NCBI GenBank assembly: GCA_025839675.1
Contig: CP104013.1
Location: forward strand, 3,450,001 to 3,482,000
Length of the DNA stretch: 32,000 nucleotides
Origin: Candidatus Lokiarchaeum ossiferum
Lineage (GTDB): Archaea > Asgardarchaeota > Lokiarchaeia > Sigyniarchaeales > Promethearchaeaceae
Direction of reading: 5' to 3'
Shown: positions 25,433 to 32,000 of the stretch, piece after piece
Layout: each line of letters opens with the position of its first letter
How positions within the stretch are numbered: position 1 is the stretch's first letter
Program-made: the position numbers and the translations under genes
The notes under the pieces: generated by a model
The model's input: the letters and a program-made list of their open reading frames with translations, nothing else
The model's database searches: none
Told to the model about the DNA's origin: nothing

Positions 25433-26221
25433 TTAGTATCGTTTTCGTAACGAATCATTTCTAGAAGTTCGACGACCTCCATCTCGACTTCCGTCACGAG
25501 GCCGGGGTGTTCCTCCACTGGAGCGATCTTCAGGCCGTCTGCGCTTGACAAACAGATAATGTTTTAATTCTTCATCTTCCAGTTCTTCTATGATTCGCTT
25601 GACAAATACTTCTTTGGGCTTAAAACCAGGCACTCTGGTATGGAGTTCTTCAAAATTTTCAAACAGCTTCCGGTGCCGATTTTCTAATATTTCGTTCATC
25701 AATTTTTTACCTACTCCAGGTAAAACCTCCAAGTAATGGCGTTTTATAGTAATTGGACCTACATTGTTTATGAACTTAATAAAACGTTCTTCATTTTCCA
25801 AAACATATTGTTCCAAAACTAACCCTATTGTTTGTAGTGAAGCATGCGTCAGTTGATCATATTTCAATTTTTTATTGGGACGACCCAAAGGGGAATCTTC
25901 TCTACCAGTTACTTGAATTTTCTGTTGGAGTTTTAACTCTTGAATTTTTTGCTTATTTAATGAGACTTCATAGAGATTAAAGGATGGAACTTCCATCACT
26001 TGGCATATTGGATTCCAAGAATGGCCCGCTTTATCTACTCCTCCATGTTGGAGAATATCCAATAAATAAACAATGGTCCCATTTCGGAGAAATACCCGAG
26101 GGTGACCTCGTCCTCCTCCTCCACGACTTCGGGAAGGTCCACTACGGGATCTGCGAGGATCTCCTCGTTGGGATGTACTTCGGGGTCCTCGATTACTATA
26201 TCTTCGATCACGATCGCTCAT
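25433..26221 (-). CDS. DUF655-family protein (predicted nucleic-acid-binding, HhH motif) with RG-rich N- and C-terminal tails
   Basis: The core reads VYLLDILQHGG...ICQVMEVPSFNLYEV...KLKYDQLTHASLQTIGLVLEQYVLENEERFIKFINNVGPITIKRHYLEVLPGVGKKLMNEILENR...FENFEELHTRV...KRIIEEL....YLFV. It occupies the canonical position between rpoF and ksgA. ATG 26221 is preceded by GGAG, whereas the ORF track starts at TTG 26236. Confidence 0.8.
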   Translation of the reverse strand: MSDRDRRYSNRGPRSTSQRGDPRRSRSGPSRSRGGGGRGHPRVFLRNGTIVYLLDILQHGGVDKAGHSWNPICQVMEVPSFNLYEVSLNKQKIQELKLQQKIQVTGREDSPLGRPNKKLKYDQLTHASLQTIGLVLEQYVLENEERFIKFINNVGPITIKRHYLEVLPGVGKKLMNEILENRHRKLFENFEELHTRVPGFKPKEVFVKRIIEELEDEELKHYLFVKRRRPEDRSSGGTPRPRDGSRDGGRRTSRNDSLRKRY

Positions 26222-26264
26222 ATTTTTGTTCTCCAATTGGTGTATATGTTTCGCTCTTGAGTGA

Positions 26265-26275
26265 ATTATTTATAG
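26265..26275 (-). promoter_or_regulatory. Candidate TATA box (minus strand CTATAAATAAT) upstream of the DUF655-ksgA-hemK transcription unit
   Basis: An AT-rich TATA-like element lies about 45-55 nt upstream of ATG 26221 and downstream of the rpoF oligo-T tract. No experimental support. Confidence 0.25.
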
Positions 26276-26482
26276 AGTAAGTTGAATGTGTGACTTAATA
26301 CCTCGCCTTGTTCAACTGTAAATTAAAAATTACAGATGTTTACGATGATTTGTGCGGCAAGGGGGAGTTGAGTGCATTGTTCTATCACAAAAACGAAATA
26401 TAAGGATATATACCATTTTCGGCTTTTAAAACTTTTGAACTCTGCAAAGAAGAAATATCGCTTTATATTGAAGAAAGGATGG

Positions 26483-26490
26483 AAAAAAAA
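26483..26490 (-). terminator. Oligo-T tract (T8 on minus strand) about 32 nt downstream of the rpoF stop
   Basis: Plus-strand A8 at 26483-26490, with the rpoF stop at 26522-26524. Confidence 0.35.
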
Positions 26491-26521
26491 TGTAGTGAAC
26501 TTATGAGTTTTTTTAAAATGC

Positions 26522-26884
26522 TTAACCCTGTAAATCTCGGATGTTTTGAATCAAAACCGCCAATTCATCATCATTTAAATCCCGTAAAATTGGATCTTTT
26601 TCCAAAATTACTTTAACCTCTTGAGGATAGTTGGGATCAATATTTACAATTTGAATTGCATAGGATTCATCCATATCATATTCCTTCATAAGCATATTAA
26701 TAACTTTACGAGCAACATCGGCATCCATCTTTGAAAAATTGTGCACATACTCATAAGTTGCTTCTGTAAAAGGATCTGGGATCATGGTTCCCCCGAGTTT
26801 TTCCATTCTCTCATAGACACGATCTAAAATGTCTTTTACTTCAGGAACACTAATTTTTTTTTCATTAAGAATTTTTTTTACCAT
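26522..26884 (-). CDS. rpoF: DNA-directed RNA polymerase subunit F (Rpo4)
   Basis: 120 aa. MVKKILNEKKISVPEVKDILDRV...TEATYEYVHNFSKMDADVARKVINMLMKEY.MDESYAIQIVNIDPNYPQEVKVIL fits the Rpo4/RpoF helical pattern. It sits immediately downstream of rpl21e, as in most archaea. Confidence 0.8.
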   Translation of the reverse strand: MVKKILNEKKISVPEVKDILDRVYERMEKLGGTMIPDPFTEATYEYVHNFSKMDADVARKVINMLMKEYDMDESYAIQIVNIDPNYPQEVKVILEKDPILRDLNDDELAVLIQNIRDLQG

Positions 26885-26962
26885 TGTGGATAATTCCGTT
26901 GCCTATAGATAAATACTTGCTTTGAGAGCTAAAAAAGGTTTGATTTAAGAAAAATTTGATTA

Positions 26963-27286
26963 TTATTCTTTTTGTTCTTGGCGCTTTTGCCAGTCTTTAT
27001 TAATCCGAATGTGTTCGCAACCAATAAAGATAGTTTTCATTTTATCGAGATCCTTAACAGCAACTTCAAAGCATCGTCCACGTTGAGCTACAACTGTACC
27101 GGTCTTTCCCCAGAAATGTCGGTGAGGTAATCCTCGTTTTTGGAAGGATGAATCTCCAACAATATCAACAACATTCCCTGGTTGGTAATCTACTAAGAAT
27201 TTGCTTAGTCCAGGTAGGCCTCGATCTCGCACATTTTTGCGATGTAAGCTCCTGCATTTTGTAAAATAACCGTGATGTTTTACCAT
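26963..27286 (-). CDS. rpl21e: Large-subunit ribosomal protein L21e (eL21)
   Basis: MVKHHGYFTKCRSLHRKNVRDRGLPGLSKFLVDYQPGNVVDIVGDSSFQKRGLPHRHFWGKTGTVVAQRGRCFEVAV...CEHIR is the L21e signature. ATG 27286 is preceded by GAGGAG, whereas the ORF track starts at TTG 27304. Confidence 0.9.
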   Translation of the reverse strand: MVKHHGYFTKCRSLHRKNVRDRGLPGLSKFLVDYQPGNVVDIVGDSSFQKRGLPHRHFWGKTGTVVAQRGRCFEVAVKDLDKMKTIFIGCEHIRINKDWQKRQEQKE

Positions 27287-27364
27287 AATACTGATTCTCC
27301 TCAAATTAAATTTGAGTTAAATTTTCAATAATATCTTCAAGGTAGGATTTAAAAAAAATTTTAT

Positions 27365-27431
27365 GATTTTGTCGCTCAATTGGGGAATTTTCTCGATTTG
27401 AAAAGGATTAATTTTGAAAAAAGACAAAATC
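27365..27431. promoter_or_regulatory. 9-bp inverted repeat GATTTTGTC (27365-27373) / GACAAAATC (27423-27431) in the spacer upstream of rpl21e. It contains the recurrent CGACAAAA-type motif.
   Basis: Read directly from the sequence. The same 9-mer GACAAAATC occurs at 8081-8089. Confidence 0.3.
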
Positions 27432-27438
27432 TTTTGGT

Positions 27439-28110
27439 CTAAAAACCAAAAATAAAAGGAATGATGGAAATTAATAGAATTCCTAATAACATTAAAATAC
27501 TAAAATCGCGGATATTTCTAATTTTAACTGGTATACCATAGTGATTAGATATATATTTAGAAATTTGTTTGAGTTTGGAACGTGGAATAGGTGCCCCTTC
27601 TTCTCTATATAAACAATATATCATTTGAGGGGATTGATCTTTTAAATACATCAAAGCATGTATCATTACGATCGTTTTTTTATCCATTTCATCTCCCCAG
27701 CGCACTTTCGTCAAGAGTTCTATTTTAGCAATTTGAGCTGGTGTAAACATTTTCCGCTCTGATTCTACTGGAACATCCAGTAGGATTCCCTCGGGGGTAA
27801 ACTTAACCGAATCCCATTCGGCAAGCTTTATATATCGGGACAACATTACATCTCGAACTATTTCATAAATTATCGCTGCAATAAAAACGCACGCCAATCC
27901 TATCGTAAAAATGAATAGGAGATATTGGTGTGGAAACCAAGAAGTCAAAATAAATTTCGAAGAGATGAGATAAATTATAGAGATAGTAATTACAACAATC
28001 TTAGTAATCGTAGTTAGAATATTATGTGTGATGAATTCTCCTTGATCATAAAAAATCAAATCATCCTCGGGCATTTCATCAATCGGTTTAGTTTTAATTT
28101 TATCAGTCAT
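27439..28110 (-). CDS. Membrane protein, paralog A of a tandem pair (N-terminal TM hairpin, ~90-aa soluble domain, C-terminal TM)
   Basis: ATG 28110, whereas the ORF track starts at GTG 28119. It is homologous to the adjacent gene: YEIVRDVMLSRYIKLAEWDSVKFTPEGILLD / IAKIELLTKVRW / IYCLYREEGAPIPRSKLKQISKYISNHYGIPVK. Confidence 0.55.
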   Translation of the reverse strand: MTDKIKTKPIDEMPEDDLIFYDQGEFITHNILTTITKIVVITISIIYLISSKFILTSWFPHQYLLFIFTIGLACVFIAAIIYEIVRDVMLSRYIKLAEWDSVKFTPEGILLDVPVESERKMFTPAQIAKIELLTKVRWGDEMDKKTIVMIHALMYLKDQSPQMIYCLYREEGAPIPRSKLKQISKYISNHYGIPVKIRNIRDFSILMLLGILLISIIPFIFGF

Positions 28111-28164
28111 TAATTGCACATCCTGTATTGTATAGGGGAGATATTCTATATAAATTGAGTTTCA

Positions 28165-28821
28165 CTAGATTAAAAAGATCAATGCAAGAATAATCCCAAA
28201 GATCAAAATAATCATTCCATATTCTCGTTGAAATTTGGTTTTTGGTTGAATCGAATATGTGTGCTTGCAAAATTTTGATATTTCATGGATTTTATCTTTT
28301 GGTATCAAAAAACCCTCGGATTGATATACATTGTACAAAACAACCGGACGTTTAGTTTTAAAAAACAAAATAATATGCATGTTTCGATTGATCTCATCCA
28401 ATTCTAGAGCAATCCAATTTAATTTAGCCAATATGTGAATTTTTGAGATTTCATTAAGATCTAATTCGACAGAATCCAATAGTATGCGATTCTGGAAGAA
28501 TTTGATAGTTCGCCATTTTGCATACTTTGGTAGTAGGGAAATATAAATGTCACGGCCGATCTCAAATAAGAATAGTCCCAATAAAGCATAAATGATAACT
28601 AAGAATAAGACATGATATTGAGGTGATAGGGATTGATCTTCAATCATTGAAATTAGAAGTTGTTTTCGAATGATCCCGAAAATTAGAATGATAATTGCAA
28701 AAATTACCTTGAGTACTATCCGGATGTAATTTCCTGCTGAGTATTTTTCATCTTGTTTGAAAAAAGTTAGAGTTTCTGGTATTGGTAGTTTTAATTCTGG
28801 TATTTCATTATTGTTTGTCAT
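28165..28821 (-). CDS. Membrane protein, paralog B of the tandem pair
   Basis: ATG start. Matching segments are FEIGRDIYISLLPKYAKWRTIKFFQNRILLD / ISKIHILAKLNW / LYNVYQSEGFLIPKDKIHEISKFCKHTYSIQPK. It has the same TM-soluble-TM layout. Confidence 0.55.
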   Translation of the reverse strand: MTNNNEIPELKLPIPETLTFFKQDEKYSAGNYIRIVLKVIFAIIILIFGIIRKQLLISMIEDQSLSPQYHVLFLVIIYALLGLFLFEIGRDIYISLLPKYAKWRTIKFFQNRILLDSVELDLNEISKIHILAKLNWIALELDEINRNMHIILFFKTKRPVVLYNVYQSEGFLIPKDKIHEISKFCKHTYSIQPKTKFQREYGMIILIFGIILALIFLI

Positions 28822-28886
28822 TAGAAATTGCTCTCATATATATTATGGCAGTAATCCATTTGATTTCTTGCCATTGGAATCACGAT

Positions 28887-28898
28887 ATTGAATTCAAT
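28887..28898. promoter_or_regulatory. Perfect 12-bp palindrome ATTGAATTCAAT in the divergent spacer between paralog B and the hybrid histidine kinase
   Basis: Read directly from the sequence. It is accompanied by a 14-bp exact direct repeat ACCTTATTGTTTTT at 28908-28921 and 28986-28999. Confidence 0.3.
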
Positions 28899-29039
28899 TC
28901 CATATGGACCTTATTGTTTTTATTGTTATTTTGCTAAAAACCATCTTATCCTAACCACATTTTTATCTTTAAACTGTCATTTATTACCTTATTGTTTTTT
29001 TGCAAATCCTTTTACCTTTACTTTTTAAATTATATTTTA

Positions 29040-31058
29040 ATGGATTTTGAGCTTCGACAATTGTTTAATATTCCTAAGTTACAATCTTTAGCAGATAAAA
29101 TGTACATGGCTACAGGAATTCCTTTTGCTCTAATTGATGTAAATGGAGAATTACTTGTTGGATCAGGGTGGCAACCAATTTGTGTCAACTTTCACAGGCA
29201 AAACCTCCAAACAGAGCAACAATGTCTAAACAGTGATCGGAGTATCAAATCTCGCTTAGCTTCCAAAGAAAAATATGTAATATTTGAATGTCCCATGGGT
29301 TTAATTGATTGCGCTACTCCATTGATAATTGAGGGACAACATTTAGCCAATGTTTTCACCGGACAATTATTATTTAAAAAACCTGATGAATCGTTTTTTA
29401 TGAAACAAGCTCAGAAATATGGTTATAACCTTGAAAGATATATGGAAGCTTTACATAATGTCCCAATTTTTACAAAAGATCAAGTTATTCGAAACTTAGA
29501 ATATTTGGTTGACTTTACTAAACAAATCGCACAAATGGGTATACAAAACTGGCAAATTTCCTTAAGTCAAAAAAAATTTCAGGATTTAGTTGAAATTCTC
29601 CCATATGCAATATGGATTGCTACTCCCCAAAATGATATTGAGTATATCAATCCTGCCTTTACAAATTTATTTGGATATACACTAGAAGATATTTCGACAA
29701 TAGATAAGTGGTTTACCCTGGCTTATCCCGATCCTATTTTTCGACAGCAAGTTCGCCCCTATTATGATCGAGATTTGCAAGCAGGTTTGCCCATTGTGGA
29801 GAATCCTCGGATATTTCAGGTAAATACCAAAGACCATCAAAAAAAAACCATTGCCTTTCGGTTAGTTTTGCTTGAAGATGGGAAATTTTTCTCCCTTTTT
29901 GAAGATATTACTGATCGGGAGCGTCAAGAAACTGAAAAAATACGGGCCCAGAAGATTGAATCACTATCGTTTCTTGCTGGAGGAATAGCTCATGATTTTA
30001 ATAATTTACTCACTGGGATCATGGGAAATATCAATTTATTACAAATTGATGACACAAATCCATCGAATCTAGATATTTTGAATGATTTGAAGCAAGCCAC
30101 AGAACGAGCAAGTGACCTTACTAAACAAATACTCACCTTTTCAAAGGGGGGGGCTCCCATCCAAAAAATTCAACAAATTGTACCTCTTCTCCATAATTCA
30201 ATTAATTTAATCACTCGGGGTGGAGAAGCAAAAGTAATCGTGGATATAGAGCCCGATCTTCCTAATGTGAATGTTGATGCAGGTCAAATTGGGCAGGTAT
30301 TTGATAATATTTTAATCAATGCTATACAAGCAATGCCTTCAGGGGGTGAAATTTCAATCAAAACTGAACTCCTCCATCATGATGAATTTTATGAATACCC
30401 AATTCCGGCAGAGAAGTATATAAAAATAACAATATCTGATACTGGAGAAGGGATTCCAGAACAATTACAGCAGAACATTTTTCAGCCCTATTTTAGTACA
30501 AAATCGAAAGGTAACGGATTAGGGTTGGCTACAGCATACTCTATTATTCGGAAACATAATGGTTTTTTAACTTTTAATTCTTTTCCCAGACAAGGAACCC
30601 AGTTTTTAATATTTATTCCAACCATTTCTTCAGAACTCTCCTTAATTACTTCTGAAGCATCAGAACTCTCATTTCATGAATGTAAAGTTCTGATTATGGA
30701 CGATGAGCATCTCGTGCGCAAAACCTTAAAAAAAATGCTTAACAAATTGGGGTGTACTGTAGAAATGGCCAAAGATGGGGAAGAAGCTCTCCAGAAATTT
30801 CAAGATCATGAAAATCAGTCTTCTCCTTTTGATGTTGTCTTTCTTGATCTAATTGTTCCTGAAGGAATGGGAGGTGAATTAACAGTAAAATTATTAAAAA
30901 AACAAAAACCATCTGTTAAAGTGGTTGTTTCCAGCGGATTTTCTCAGGATCCTATTTTAGCAAACTATAAAGAATATGGTTTTGATGGAAGATTGAATAA
31001 ACCATATCATATTGAAGATTTACAAAAGATTATTCAAGAAATGAATTCGAAAAAGTAG
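29040..31058 (+). CDS. Hybrid sensor histidine kinase: PocR sensory domain + PAS + HisKA + HATPase_c + receiver (REC)
   Basis: PocR-like: LQSLADKMYMATGIPFALIDVNGELLVGSGWQPICVNFHR...QCLNSD...FECPMGLIDCATPLIIEGQHLANVFTGQ. PAS: LVEILPYAIWIATPQNDIEYINPAFTNLFGY. H-box: FLAGGIAHDFNNLLTGI. N/G boxes: NILINAIQAM, DTGEGI, GNGLGL. REC: VLIMDDEHLVRKTL...VVFLDLIVPEGMGG...LNKP. ATG 29040, whereas the ORF track starts at TTG 28992. Confidence 0.85.
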   Translation: MDFELRQLFNIPKLQSLADKMYMATGIPFALIDVNGELLVGSGWQPICVNFHRQNLQTEQQCLNSDRSIKSRLASKEKYVIFECPMGLIDCATPLIIEGQHLANVFTGQLLFKKPDESFFMKQAQKYGYNLERYMEALHNVPIFTKDQVIRNLEYLVDFTKQIAQMGIQNWQISLSQKKFQDLVEILPYAIWIATPQNDIEYINPAFTNLFGYTLEDISTIDKWFTLAYPDPIFRQQVRPYYDRDLQAGLPIVENPRIFQVNTKDHQKKTIAFRLVLLEDGKFFSLFEDITDRERQETEKIRAQKIESLSFLAGGIAHDFNNLLTGIMGNINLLQIDDTNPSNLDILNDLKQATERASDLTKQILTFSKGGAPIQKIQQIVPLLHNSINLITRGGEAKVIVDIEPDLPNVNVDAGQIGQVFDNILINAIQAMPSGGEISIKTELLHHDEFYEYPIPAEKYIKITISDTGEGIPEQLQQNIFQPYFSTKSKGNGLGLATAYSIIRKHNGFLTFNSFPRQGTQFLIFIPTISSELSLITSEASELSFHECKVLIMDDEHLVRKTLKKMLNKLGCTVEMAKDGEEALQKFQDHENQSSPFDVVFLDLIVPEGMGGELTVKLLKKQKPSVKVVVSSGFSQDPILANYKEYGFDGRLNKPYHIEDLQKIIQEMNSKK

Positions 31059-31064
31059 ATATAA

Positions 31065-31853
31065 TTAGAGAGGTTTCCTCAATCTCACAATTAAATTGTC
31101 CGGTACGGATATTGTATGAACTAAATGTTCGCATTTTTGTAGAATTTCTGAATTTGCAAAGGGTTCATCCAAAAACTCTAAAATAAATCCTGCATTTATC
31201 CCGTACATCATCCAAGTTGTCAGCATCTTATGATTGTGAAATGTTTGAGTTCCTTTTAAAGATCCATTATTCCAATTAACTACAACTTTTCCTTCCGATG
31301 TGTAATTTCCAATTTCAATGGCCTTCGATACTCCATTTGCGTCCCGTACATGTTTTCGATGTGAGGAACTTGCAAAACACGGATGCACTATAGAAAATTG
31401 AAAGAATCCGCCTGGTTTGAGCACCCGATAAGCCTCTTGTATCGCCTTTTCTGGATGATCCATATCCATCAAGCACATGAAAGCCAGAATAAAATCATAG
31501 CTATTCTCTGGAAAACTGAGATGCTCGGCATTTTCAACAAAATATGTGATATGGTGAGATTCTTGTGATTCTTTTTTCCGTGCATGGTTTATCATCACCG
31601 GTGAAATATCGCAAGCATCCAAATTAATTCCATCGGTCAATATCTTACGTGCAAGCATTCCTTCCCCACAACCAACTTCCAATCCTTTCATCCCAATTTC
31701 CAAAGAGGGAAGTGCTTCCACAAATCGAGGAAGATTTAGAAAATCACGATGAATATTTTTCCCGGATTCATTGAAGGAGATCCATTCAGCTGCGATCTCT
31801 TCCCACTTGCTTGGTTCTTGCCAGTTTGATTCCTTTGGGTTCATAGCATACAT
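31065..31853 (-). CDS. Class I SAM-dependent methyltransferase (Methyltransf_11-like)
   Basis: Motif I GLEVGCGEGMLARKIL, DACDISPVMINHARKK, post-I/II FILAFMCLMDM and LKPGGFFQFSIVHP. Likely ATG at 31853 or 31844, whereas the ORF track starts at TTG 31946. Confidence 0.75.
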   Translation of the reverse strand: MYAMNPKESNWQEPSKWEEIAAEWISFNESGKNIHRDFLNLPRFVEALPSLEIGMKGLEVGCGEGMLARKILTDGINLDACDISPVMINHARKKESQESHHITYFVENAEHLSFPENSYDFILAFMCLMDMDHPEKAIQEAYRVLKPGGFFQFSIVHPCFASSSHRKHVRDANGVSKAIEIGNYTSEGKVVVNWNNGSLKGTQTFHNHKMLTTWMMYGINAGFILEFLDEPFANSEILQKCEHLVHTISVPDNLIVRLRKPL

Positions 31854-32000
31854 GTAAGGGATAAATGATTTAAAAATATTCTCTAGAGTATAAGAAAAAT
31901 TACTAAAAAAGACGTTATTCAATAAATTTGATACTATAAGAATCAATTCTTAACACAATTTCTAATTCTTTCAGTTTTTGATGTTTTTTTTAGTATATGG

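Noticed and set aside
26335-26400. C/D-box sRNA candidate based on ACGATGA (a near C box) in the rpoF-DUF655 spacer
   Set aside because: It has one mismatch to RUGAUGA, no CUGA D box at the appropriate distance, no terminal stem, and it lies on the strand antisense to the operon.
1037-31568. Numerous ORFs from the six-frame track lie antisense to or overlap the genes called above: 1037-1264, 1110-1334, 3381-3626, 5069-5527, 7011-7193, 7177-7383, 9209-9421, 10659-10841, 10949-11404, 11340-11549, 12935-13153, 13962-14252, 14519-14839, 15764-16069, 16146-16550, 16725-17024, 18394-18612, 18751-18960, 20176-20475, 20628-20861, 23998-24339, 25984-26280, 31383-31568.
   Set aside because: Each is fully or largely embedded in a longer ORF that has clear family motifs on the other strand or frame. 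Their translations are low-complexity or hydrophobic noise, typical of shadow ORFs in AT-rich DNA.
1-32000. Window-wide scan for CRISPR repeats, IS elements or transposases, integrases, toxin-antitoxin pairs, and rRNA/tRNA genes
   Set aside because: No regularly spaced direct repeats, no transposase, integrase or recombinase motifs, and no GC-rich tRNA-like islands were seen. The only GC-enriched patches are the 5468-5700 repeat and the RG-tail coding segments of the DUF655 gene.

Overview
AT-rich, densely coding window with about 30 protein-coding genes and short intergenic spacers. I found no rRNA, tRNA, CRISPR array, transposase or integrase. The gene content is archaeal. The conserved cluster L21e - RNA polymerase subunit F (Rpo4) - DUF655 - KsgA/Dim1 - HemK-like methylase lies on the minus strand at 23.6-27.3 kb. 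Other housekeeping genes are a minimal sufC-sufB/D pair, an adenosylcobalamin (class II, RTPR-type) ribonucleotide reductase and a Trbp111/CsaA-type tRNA-binding protein. Accessory genes include two sensor histidine kinases (PAS-HisKA_2, and a PocR-PAS-HK-REC hybrid), an MFS (oxalate/formate antiporter-like) transporter, an S9 peptidase, a C25 (gingipain-like) surface peptidase, a parallel beta-helix surface protein, a Ras-superfamily small GTPase and several membrane or coiled-coil orphans. Low GC, a multidomain small GTPase, LRR modules and RG-rich tails suggest an Asgard (Loki-like) archaeon, but that is inference only. The most unusual observations are: (1) the RNR continues in frame into a ~119-aa leucine-rich-repeat tail after its C-terminal redox Cys pair; (2) a G/T-skewed, three-unit degenerate repeat with hairpins and flanking inverted repeats sits in an ORF-free gap at 5468-5700; (3) a tRNA-binding-protein gene is followed by an orphan with a tandemly duplicated unknown ~105-aa domain and a degenerate Nudix-like box; (4) a longin/roadblock-like N-terminal region is fused to the small GTPase; (5) the DUF655 protein has RG-rich tails; (6) a CGACAAAA motif was seen only in intergenic DNA. 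All calls come from reading motifs in the supplied translations and DNA. No database search was run.
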